A DNA stretch of 64,000 nucleotides from Coriobacteriia bacterium (lineage in GTDB: Bacteria; Actinomycetota; Coriobacteriia; Anaerosomatales; PALSA-660): contig JANYAK010000002.1 of the NCBI GenBank assembly GCA_025361335.1, forward strand, positions 1,060 through 65,059, read 5' to 3'. The first letter of the stretch is position 1. Every line of letters begins with the position of its first letter. A model generated the notes under the pieces. That model made no database searches. It had not been told where the DNA came from and saw nothing but the letters and a program-made list of their open reading frames with translations. Shown here one piece after another: positions 28,601 to 36,760 of this stretch. Both the position numbers and the translations under genes were made by a program.

Positions 28601-30316
28601 ATGGCTCACACACCCGACATGCGACCCTCCCGGCGACCTGCGGCACGCCGAAGCGCGACGGCAGGCAGGCGGCCATCGCGCGCGGTGAGGCTGGCGATCA
28701 CGCTCGGGTTCTTGGTCGCCCTCTTCGCGGCGGCCGCGTGGGGTCTGTCCCGCTTCGCCTCCGGCGCCGCGCCCGCTCCCGCGGCGGTCGTGAAAACGAC
28801 CGCCACCGCCTCCCCGATCAAGCCCGCGAAGCCCGCCATCGACGCCGCTCTCGAGGCGGCACGCAGCTCCATCGTGTTCGGCTCGTTCCTTGGGGACGGG
28901 AACCGCCGCACGTACGGCCAGGGGCCGGCGCCCAAGAGCCTCAACCTCATCTGGAAGGTCAAGCTGGGTTCCGGGAAGACACGGCGCAAGTTGGACGACA
29001 AGCCGGTGTCGTGGGCGGGCAACGGCTGGACGGGCCAGTGCACCGTGGTGAACGAGGCCGGCCGCGACTACCTTTTGGTAGGGGCGTACGACCACAACCT
29101 GAGGCGCATCGACGCGCTGACGGGGAACGTCATCTGGACGTCCCTGTTCGACGATGTCATCAAGGGCACGAACACGGTCTTCGCCAACCCGCATCCCACG
29201 GGCGACGAGGATCGCATCATCGTGGCCGCCGGGTCCCGCCGCGGATCGGACTACAAGGTCGGCGACCCCCGGATCGCACCGTTCCGGGCGGTCTCGTTCG
29301 CCACCGGCCGGGAGCTGTGGCGCTTCCCGATACCCAAGACACCGCAGTACAGCCAGGATGTCGACTCCTCGTCGCTGCTGGTCGACGACACGCTCTATGT
29401 TCCTGTCGAGTCCGGCTACGTCTACGGGCTCGACCCCAGCCGAACCCAGCCGTGGCTCGACTGGGTCTCGCCGGTCCAGCGGTACCGATCCCCCGAGCTG
29501 TGGACCGCGGCCGACGTCGCGACGCACAAGGACATCGGTGGCGCGAACATCGCCATCGAGGCTTCCGTCTCTCGCATCGGGTCGACCCTCTACCAGCCCT
29601 CGGGCGCGGGGCACATCTACGGGCTGCGCCTCCCTGACCTCAGGGTCGTGTGGGACTACCGCACCGGGTCCGACATCGACGGGACCGCGGCCGTGACCCG
29701 CGACAACAAGCTCGTCTGCACCATCGAGAAGCAGTACATCGCCGGGCACGGCGGCGCCATGATGCTCGATCCGAGCAGACCGCCCGAGCAGGCGACCATG
29801 TGGTACTTCCCGACCCCGGACCACGGCATCGGCGAGTGGGCCGGCGGCAGCGTCGGGTCCGCGGCCATCAACGACGAGACGAACAAGGATGGTTCCCGGC
29901 CGGCGCTGGCCGCGTTCACGTCGGTGGACGGCAACCTCTACGTCGTCTCGCAGGACACGATGGCGCCCAAGAAGGTGCCCCGCTTCGACGGCACGGGTGC
30001 CTACCCCACGCCGGTGGAGGTGTTCCACGGCTCCATCGGCGGATCGATCTCGACCCCCGCATTCGTGGGCGACACGATCGTCGCGGCCGGTTACGGCAAT
30101 GCGGTCGAGCTGTTCCGGGTCGTGTACACCCCGGCCGCCCAGGGCGGATCCGGCGTCGAACTTCCCGCGCGCGACGGCAGCCGGTGGAAGGTGGCCGTCA
30201 AGCGCGTGGCGAAGTTCAAGGCGGGAGCGGGGTTCGAGGCCACTCCCCTCGTCTGGAAAGGCCGCGTCTACATCGGGTGCCGGGACGGCTGGCTGTACTG
30301 CCTCGGCGACAAGTAG
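28601..30316 (+). CDS. Membrane-anchored PQQ-like/BamB-like beta-propeller repeat protein
   Basis: Arg-rich N-tail, one TM (AVRLAITLGFLVALFAAAAWGL), then repeated ...G.V.W......(Y.G)...D..LY motifs ending GRVYIGCRDGWLYCLG. The start may be 28589 or 28601. The 988-aa track ORF upstream part is in a different frame from dsrK and is discounted. Confidence 0.75.
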   Translation: MAHTPDMRPSRRPAARRSATAGRRPSRAVRLAITLGFLVALFAAAAWGLSRFASGAAPAPAAVVKTTATASPIKPAKPAIDAALEAARSSIVFGSFLGDGNRRTYGQGPAPKSLNLIWKVKLGSGKTRRKLDDKPVSWAGNGWTGQCTVVNEAGRDYLLVGAYDHNLRRIDALTGNVIWTSLFDDVIKGTNTVFANPHPTGDEDRIIVAAGSRRGSDYKVGDPRIAPFRAVSFATGRELWRFPIPKTPQYSQDVDSSSLLVDDTLYVPVESGYVYGLDPSRTQPWLDWVSPVQRYRSPELWTAADVATHKDIGGANIAIEASVSRIGSTLYQPSGAGHIYGLRLPDLRVVWDYRTGSDIDGTAAVTRDNKLVCTIEKQYIAGHGGAMMLDPSRPPEQATMWYFPTPDHGIGEWAGGSVGSAAINDETNKDGSRPALAAFTSVDGNLYVVSQDTMAPKKVPRFDGTGAYPTPVEVFHGSIGGSISTPAFVGDTIVAAGYGNAVELFRVVYTPAAQGGSGVELPARDGSRWKVAVKRVAKFKAGAGFEATPLVWKGRVYIGCRDGWLYCLGDK

Positions 30317-30523
30317 GCCTCCACTTTCGTCGCGTCAGTACGCTTCCGGCCGCTTCCCGCACGGCGAATTGCCGGTTTCGCCCAGTTCTGTCTGGGGGGA
30401 CAATGGATAGTGGCGGTTGCGTGGTGTGATGGTGCCCGCCGGACGTGGTAGCCTCTCGGTGTTGTTCGCGCCGTGCGGAGGCCGAAGATGCGTGCATGTG
30501 CATCTTGCGACGACGGGAGCGCG

Positions 30524-31993
30524 ATGCGGATCGGACGCTTCATCGGCGGGGCTGTCGCAGCCTTGGCATTGTCGGTCGCTGTCACGTTGGGTGGCTGCGC
30601 CGCACCGAAGGCGACCCCGACGGCTCAGCATCCGTCCATCCCCGCGGGCAAGACCTGCGCGGACTGCCACGCCAAGGATCACACGCACCTTCCTCCCTAC
30701 GTGGGCGCGTGCGAGACGTGTCACGTGCTCACGTCCTGGCGCATCGTCGTCTACAAGCACAAGAACCCGGACCTCGACATGGGCATCCACGGAGTCATGG
30801 GATGCCGCCGATGCCACACCGAGGGATCCCCGGTGCTCCCGACCACGTGCCCCGCGTGTCACACCGCTCCGCACGCTGGGTGGCAGGACTGCGCGAAGTG
30901 CCACCAACCGCTCACGTTCCTTGTGAGACGGCCGCCTCCGCCAGGACACCTGTCGCTCCTGGGTGGGCACTCGAACCTGACGTGCCTCGAATGCCATGCG
31001 ACGCCCCAACCGCCCGCCACGCCCCGGACCTGCGCCTCGTGCCACGGCACCCATCACGGCGGGCTCGCCGGGTGCGAGCGCTGCCACGATCCGGCGCGAG
31101 GGTGGACGCCGCTCGCCTTCGACCACAACGTGTTCTTCCGGCTCACCGGCATCCATAAGACCCTCGCGTGCGGCCGATGCCATCCGGACGGGAGATTCGC
31201 CAACACGCCGATCCGCTGCGTGAGTTGCCACGGGGTCAGGCATGGCGGCCTGACCAACTGCGCGCGCTGCCACACCACGGCGCGATTCAAGCCGTCCACG
31301 TTCCGTCACTCGCGCGTCTTCCCGCTGTCGCCGGGACCCCATGCGCGCCTTAGGTGCTCGCGATGCCATCCCCGCAACCTGTACGCGCACGTCACAGGCC
31401 GCAACTGCGTCGGATGCCACGGCCGCGTCCACGGCATGAGCACGTGCACGGCGTGCCACACAAGGACGGGCGCGGTCGCCTCGAACTGGAACCACTCGAT
31501 CTTCTTCGCGCTGACCGGGGCCCACAGGTCGCTCGCCTGCAGCGCATGCCACGGCAGTCCGTTGCGCCCGGCCGCCGGCACGCGTTGCGTCTCGTGCCAC
31601 GGCACGAAGCATGGCGGCGTGACGAACTGCGACTTCTGCCATACCACGACGTCGTTCGTGCCCATCCACGCGATCACCCATCCGAACGGCATCCCGCTCG
31701 CGGGGCATCACGGTTCGCTCTCAGGGTGCGCGGAGTGCCACCACACGCCCCTGAACTTCGTCTCGGCGCCTCGCGCCTGCGTGGAATGCCATGCGGGCGA
31801 CGTGCCGCATGTCGGCCCTTCGGACTGCGTCAGATGCCACTACCCGGTGGCGTCGTTCGCGACTCTGCACTTCACCCATCCCTCGGTCACGCCGCACACC
31901 TCCACCCGGTTCCCGTGCGACTTCTGCCACGACTTCCACAACTTCACAGTTCCTCGCAGCGTGATCTGCGTTATGTGCCACCCGGCCTTCTAA
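30524..31993 (+). CDS. Lipoprotein multihaem cytochrome c with 22 CXXCH motifs
   Basis: Signal peptide MRIGRFIGGAVAALALSVAVTLGG|C (lipobox). I counted 22 CXXCH motifs in ~465 mature residues, arranged largely as repeated three-motif modules (e.g. CGRCH-CVSCH-CARCH; CSRCH-CVGCH-CTACH; CSACH-CVSCH-CDFCH). GGGAG RBS before the ATG at 30524. Confidence 0.9.
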   Translation: MRIGRFIGGAVAALALSVAVTLGGCAAPKATPTAQHPSIPAGKTCADCHAKDHTHLPPYVGACETCHVLTSWRIVVYKHKNPDLDMGIHGVMGCRRCHTEGSPVLPTTCPACHTAPHAGWQDCAKCHQPLTFLVRRPPPPGHLSLLGGHSNLTCLECHATPQPPATPRTCASCHGTHHGGLAGCERCHDPARGWTPLAFDHNVFFRLTGIHKTLACGRCHPDGRFANTPIRCVSCHGVRHGGLTNCARCHTTARFKPSTFRHSRVFPLSPGPHARLRCSRCHPRNLYAHVTGRNCVGCHGRVHGMSTCTACHTRTGAVASNWNHSIFFALTGAHRSLACSACHGSPLRPAAGTRCVSCHGTKHGGVTNCDFCHTTTSFVPIHAITHPNGIPLAGHHGSLSGCAECHHTPLNFVSAPRACVECHAGDVPHVGPSDCVRCHYPVASFATLHFTHPSVTPHTSTRFPCDFCHDFHNFTVPRSVICVMCHPAF

Positions 31994-32128
31994 GCGTGCG
32001 CCGGACCGCCGGACGACGAGCGGCTCCGCCCACTCGGCGCGGCGCTTGCATACGGAAGGCTGCGCCGATACTGATGGTAGTGTGAATGTGTGCTCGACCT
32101 GCAATCGTTCCCATTGGAGACGCGACCT

Positions 32129-33622
32129 ATGAGCAGGATCCTCTTCGTCACTCCGCCCTACACGTGCTGGGGCGTCCAGACCATCGGCAACTGGCCGCCG
32201 CTGCAGCTGGCCTATCTCGCCGGCGCCGCACTCAAGGCCGGGCACGAGGCCAAGATCTTCGACGCGATGAACAAGAAACTCGGCTTCGACGAGATCCGGG
32301 CGCAGATCGAGGACTACCGGCCCGACTTCGTCATGAGCCTCGACTACCTGCCGGTGACCGGAGCGATCAGCACCGCGACCGTCCCCGCCGCGCTGGAGGC
32401 CCTCGCCGTCGCCAAGCAGGTCGACCCCACCGTCATCACGATGATCGGTGGCCCGCATCCCACGTTCATGTACGACGAGATCCTGCGCGACCCGGCGAAC
32501 CACGCTGACTACGTCCTGCGCGGAGAAGCCGAGGAGACGCTGGTGGACCTGATGGCCACCCTGCCGAGCGGGTCGCCGGACGCCGTCCCCGGCATCGCCT
32601 TCCTGCGCGACGGCGACGTGATCGCGACTCCCCTGCGACAGCACATCGCCGATCTCGACACGCTCGAGGTCGCATGGCACCTCCTCGACTGGGAGGACTA
32701 TCACTACAACGTCGAGCCCTGGGGCCGCATGGCGTCGGTGCTGACCTCGCGCGGCTGCATGATGGGGTGCGCCTTCTGCAGCCAACGCCTGTTCTGGCGC
32801 GGAGACTGGCGCGCGCGCGACCCCAAGGGTGTCGTCGACGAGATGCGTCTCCTGATCGAGAAGTACGAGGTCGAGTTCATCACGCTCATCGACGCGTACC
32901 CCACGAGGGACCGTGAGCGCTGGATCCAGCTGCTGGATCTGCTCATCGAGGCCGACTTGGGCGCTCACCTTCTCATCGAGACGCGGGTCGAGGACATCAT
33001 CCGCGACGCGGATATCCTCCCCAAGTACCGCCAGGCCGGCATCATCCACGTCTACCTCGGCGCGGAGACCAGCACCGACGAGATGCTCAACAGCTTGAAC
33101 AAGGGGACCACGATCGACCAGAACAAGCAGGCCATCGACCTGCTGAAGGCCAACGACATCATGATCGAGGCGTCGTTCATGATCGGCTTCCCCAACGAGA
33201 CGTGGGAGACGGTCAAGGCGACCGCGAACGAGGCGATCCGGCTGAACCCCGACATCGCGGTGTTCCCCGTGATCACCCCGATGCCGTTCACGCCCCTGTA
33301 CGAGGAGATGAAGGACCGCATCCGCGTCTTCGACTACTCGAAGTACAACCTGGTCACGCCGATCATCGAGCCGTACGCGATGTCGCTGGACGACATCACC
33401 ATCGCGCTCGGGCGCTGCTATATGACCTTCTACGCGAACAAGATGACCGAGATCCTGGCGCTCCCGGAAGGCTTCAAGCGCCGCTACATGCTGAGCGCGA
33501 TGAAACAGATGATGAAGGACTACGGCGAGCACTTCGACTTCCTCGGCATCGGCATGGCCAAGATGTCCGCGATGCCCAAGAAGATGGGCGAAGCGATGAA
33601 GGGTCGTACGCCGTCCGAGTAG
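32129..33622 (+). CDS. B12-binding-domain radical SAM protein (class B rSAM), substrate unknown
   Basis: N-terminal cobalamin-binding-like Rossmann segment (ILFVTPPY...LAYLAGAALKAGHE.KIFD), then the radical SAM cluster motif SRGCMMGCAFCSQ (CxxxCxxC). The start at MSRIL is preceded by GGAGA. Confidence 0.85.
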   Translation: MSRILFVTPPYTCWGVQTIGNWPPLQLAYLAGAALKAGHEAKIFDAMNKKLGFDEIRAQIEDYRPDFVMSLDYLPVTGAISTATVPAALEALAVAKQVDPTVITMIGGPHPTFMYDEILRDPANHADYVLRGEAEETLVDLMATLPSGSPDAVPGIAFLRDGDVIATPLRQHIADLDTLEVAWHLLDWEDYHYNVEPWGRMASVLTSRGCMMGCAFCSQRLFWRGDWRARDPKGVVDEMRLLIEKYEVEFITLIDAYPTRDRERWIQLLDLLIEADLGAHLLIETRVEDIIRDADILPKYRQAGIIHVYLGAETSTDEMLNSLNKGTTIDQNKQAIDLLKANDIMIEASFMIGFPNETWETVKATANEAIRLNPDIAVFPVITPMPFTPLYEEMKDRIRVFDYSKYNLVTPIIEPYAMSLDDITIALGRCYMTFYANKMTEILALPEGFKRRYMLSAMKQMMKDYGEHFDFLGIGMAKMSAMPKKMGEAMKGRTPSE

Positions 33623-33679
33623 ACGGACCGGCGCACGCCCCCCGACCCATCCGGCCCTCGCCGACGACAACGGGACCCG

Positions 33680-34519
33680 CTACCCCTCGGCGCCGCCGAT
33701 GTAGCCGGCGTGGATGGTGTTGAACACGGTCGGGATGCCCACGAGGCAGAAGAGCGCGATCGGCATGGCGATGATCGCGAACCACGCGAGCCTCTCGCCC
33801 TTCCAGTGCCGCATGAAGCGCAGATGCAGATAGATCGCATAGATGAGCCACACGATGAGACTCCACGTCTCGATCGGGTCCCAACTCCAGTAGCGACCCC
33901 ACGACTCGTTCGCCCAGATCGCGCCTGTGGCGATCATGATCCCCCACAGCAGGAAGCCGGCGAGCACGAGACGAGCGATGAGGCCCTCGACGACCTCTTG
34001 CTCCGGCATCCGCTCCAGGCGCTTGGCCCACTTCCCGCTCGTCGATCGCTGCCTTATAACGAACACGACCGCGAAACCGAACGACGCCGCGAAGGCCGCG
34101 AAGGCCACGTTCGCGAAGGCCACATGGATGAACAGCCAGTAGCTCGCGAGAGACGCCGTTATCGGGAAGTCGGCCTTGGATGCGAGCATCGAGCCGCCAA
34201 GAAGGAGCACCGCCACCGGCATGATCCCTATGCCCGTGGCGTGGAGACGGGGGTTGCGCCATGCGGCGATCACGAAGAAGGCCACTGTGCACAGCGTGAG
34301 CGCGTTGGCGACCTCGTAGTAGCCGATGTAGGGGCCATGGCCCAGACGGGCCCATCGCACGCCCAGCGCGACGATCTGGGGCACCAGACCCAGCGCCGAG
34401 ACGAGCACCGCCCGACGTGTGAGCACCTCCCTGTTCAGGGCGACACCGAACACGAACATCCCCGTCGCGACCACATAGAACGTGAGCGCCACCCACATGA
34501 ACACGATCTCCAGAGTCAC
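33680..34519 (-). CDS. ccsA: Cytochrome c biogenesis System II haem-handling protein CcsA/ResC
   Basis: 279 aa polytopic protein with the WWD-type motif WANESWGRYWSWDPIETWS and flanking conserved His residues. Confidence 0.92.
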   Translation of the reverse strand: MTLEIVFMWVALTFYVVATGMFVFGVALNREVLTRRAVLVSALGLVPQIVALGVRWARLGHGPYIGYYEVANALTLCTVAFFVIAAWRNPRLHATGIGIMPVAVLLLGGSMLASKADFPITASLASYWLFIHVAFANVAFAAFAASFGFAVVFVIRQRSTSGKWAKRLERMPEQEVVEGLIARLVLAGFLLWGIMIATGAIWANESWGRYWSWDPIETWSLIVWLIYAIYLHLRFMRHWKGERLAWFAIIAMPIALFCLVGIPTVFNTIHAGYIGGAEG

Positions 34520-35952
34520 GATACGCTCCCCTTCCCATCACTGCCGAGCGCGCGACGCAGTTCGCGTTCGACCTCGCCGCGACTGGTCGGCACGTTTCTC
34601 CACAGGCGCAGGGCGACGTCGAGCCTCACGCCCTCGGACCCCTCTGTGGCGGTCACAAGGACGAGTTGCTGGCGCGCCAGCGTCGTCACGCTCAGGCCGA
34701 CGAGCGCCACGACCATCACAGCGTAGATGACCGGTATCGTCGGATCGTCCACGAGCGACAGCCACGAGAACCATCCGATGTCCACCAGCCGGACGGCGCC
34801 GCCCTCGGGCAGGTCGACCGACTCGCCCTTCCGCACGATCCCGTCGAACAGCAGACCGCCGTCCGCCGAAGTCACATGCAGCCGGGCAGACGGCCGCTTC
34901 GGTATCCACTCACCAAAGCCCTGTCCCGCCCGATCGAGTGGCACGGTGACCGACATCTTCATCAGTATCCTGCCGGCCGAATCCCGACGCGACAGGAGGC
35001 CGATGGGGCTCGTTCCCTCCGTGGCCGTCTGGGAGAAGTCCACCAGCCGGATGACGCGCCCGCTCTCCGCCCCGGCCTTGTCTTGGAAGCTGAGTGTCGC
35101 CGACAGCCCGCACGCGGGGGCGTTGATCGCCAGCGATCCAGTGTGGAGCATGTGGTTGGGGTAGATGCGCTGGGTGACCACGGCCTCACCCGCACCGTCC
35201 AGGACCGAGATCGTCGGTACCGCTCCGCGGTCGATCCCCCCGGTCTTGTAGTCGGGATCGAAGGAGTCGAGGCGGATGCTGCGCGTCGCCACCCCTCCAT
35301 AGTGCCACGGCCCCGAGTTGGACAAGGCGTACGACGCCGATACGTCGGCAAGCGTCTGCCCGACCGCCACTGGCATCATCCCCTCCGAACGCACCAGCTG
35401 CCCGACGAGCACCGCGGCGATCAAAGCGACCAGTGCCCAGTGGAAGACCGCACTGCCCCACGCGGACCAGGCCGGGGACACGGCCGTCAGCATGTCCCCC
35501 CGGCGTCTCATCCTGATGCCGAGGCGCTCCAGCGCTCCCGATGCGATCTCGAGCGCGCGCTGACCCGAAAGGGCTGGATCGCATACGATCCCGAGGTCGG
35601 GTGCCTGGATCGGCGACAGCGGATCGGCAGCGGCGGCCGCGGTCAGCGCGCGCGCCCTGAACCGTGCGACCTTCGCGCGCCTCCACGCGCACGCGCTCGT
35701 GCACATCGCCAGCAGGAGCGCGGCGGCCCAGAATACGGGCGCCGTGAATGCCTGATGGAGGCCGAGCCACCTCACGACGGGCGAGAAGGAAGGGTTGGTC
35801 GCGTCCCATGCAATGACGGAGGAACTCGAGTCCGCACCCTGGGTGACGACCGTCGCCACCATCGACCAGACTCCTATGAACAGCAGGAGTCCGACGGCGG
35901 TACGCATCGACGCGAGGAACCCGACGACGACGCGCCATGCCCTGCCGATCAT
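34516..35952 (-). CDS. resB: Cytochrome c biogenesis protein ResB/CcsB
   Basis: From MIGRAWRVVVGFLASMRTAVGLLLFIG (typical ResB N-terminus), with a large extracytoplasmic loop and a C-terminal TM. ATGA overlaps occur at both gene junctions. The track ORF N-terminal extension is discounted. Confidence 0.88.
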   Translation of the reverse strand: MIGRAWRVVVGFLASMRTAVGLLLFIGVWSMVATVVTQGADSSSSVIAWDATNPSFSPVVRWLGLHQAFTAPVFWAAALLLAMCTSACAWRRAKVARFRARALTAAAAADPLSPIQAPDLGIVCDPALSGQRALEIASGALERLGIRMRRRGDMLTAVSPAWSAWGSAVFHWALVALIAAVLVGQLVRSEGMMPVAVGQTLADVSASYALSNSGPWHYGGVATRSIRLDSFDPDYKTGGIDRGAVPTISVLDGAGEAVVTQRIYPNHMLHTGSLAINAPACGLSATLSFQDKAGAESGRVIRLVDFSQTATEGTSPIGLLSRRDSAGRILMKMSVTVPLDRAGQGFGEWIPKRPSARLHVTSADGGLLFDGIVRKGESVDLPEGGAVRLVDIGWFSWLSLVDDPTIPVIYAVMVVALVGLSVTTLARQQLVLVTATEGSEGVRLDVALRLWRNVPTSRGEVERELRRALGSDGKGSVS

Positions 35953-36587
35953 TTGACCTCGCCTATGGCTTTGACACTCACCGAGTCGACGACCCACACA
36001 CCCTTCGGGTTCTGCACGACCGTGTAGATCGTCTCGTACGTGGCGGAATACGGACCCGCCACGGTCTTGCCGACGTCTTTGATGGAGACGTAACGGTACG
36101 TCCATTTCTCCTTCGCTGGAACGAGTGTGCTCGTGGAACCGGTGCTCGGGTTGCCCAATACGAGGGAGTCGAGCGTCTGATCGATGACCCTCGACTTCTG
36201 GAGATTGAGCTGGACATACGAGTCGACGCGCACTTCCTGTCCGGAGGACATCGTGGGCGTCGCGACCGTCGATTGGGCGATCCGATAGGCGTACGAGGTC
36301 CAGTCGAGGTACGAACGGATCGCCTTGTCCGGCGTGGACAGTACCCACGGCTTCGGCGAGTTCTCCAGCGCCTGGCGGGAGATGATCACCGTCGACGCCG
36401 GTCCGGCCATGCCCTTGCCCGCCGTGGTGCTCGCGTTGCCGACACCGGCACCGAGGCCCTTAGGCGCGCTCGAACATCCGGGCAAGAGCAAGAGCGCCAA
36501 GAGCAGCGGCGCCACTGCGCCGAGGGCCCCTGCGTGTCCAGCGGACGAGTGATTCCTTCTGAGAGAACCGTACAGTGCCCTCACCAT
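35949..36587 (-). CDS. Hypothetical lipoprotein co-transcribed with resB-ccsA
   Basis: Signal peptide and lipobox ...APLLLALLLLPG|CSS. No recognisable catalytic motif and no further Cys. The start at 36587 is uncertain (weak RBS spacing). Confidence 0.6.
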   Translation of the reverse strand: MVRALYGSLRRNHSSAGHAGALGAVAPLLLALLLLPGCSSAPKGLGAGVGNASTTAGKGMAGPASTVIISRQALENSPKPWVLSTPDKAIRSYLDWTSYAYRIAQSTVATPTMSSGQEVRVDSYVQLNLQKSRVIDQTLDSLVLGNPSTGSTSTLVPAKEKWTYRYVSIKDVGKTVAGPYSATYETIYTVVQNPKGVWVVDSVSVKAIGEVK

Positions 36588-36689
36588 CCTTGCGATCCGT
36601 CGGCCCGCGCCCGAGGGCCGGTCCGAGAAGGAATGACCTTCGCACCTCGACCACACCGTGCACCGTGCTCGAGAGCATTATGAACGAAC

Positions 36690-36715
36690 GGGGGCGGGCA
36701 TTGCTGCCCGCCCCC
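36690..36715 (-). terminator. Strong GC hairpin downstream of the giant cytochrome gene
   Basis: GGGGGCGGGCA-TTGC-TGCCCGCCCCC, perfect 11-bp arms, ~45 nt after the stop at 36761. On the minus strand it is followed by GTTCGTTCATAA. Confidence 0.6.
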
Positions 36716-36760
36716 TTCGACATCCAGACTCCAGCGATCAGAGCCTTGAACCAACGAGCG

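Noticed and set aside
30335-33670. 458-aa and 649-aa minus-strand ORFs antisense to the 22-haem cytochrome and radical SAM genes
   Set aside because: They contain no motifs and have an extreme Arg/Ala/Gly bias. The sense strand carries 22 CXXCH motifs and a CxxxCxxC radical SAM motif.
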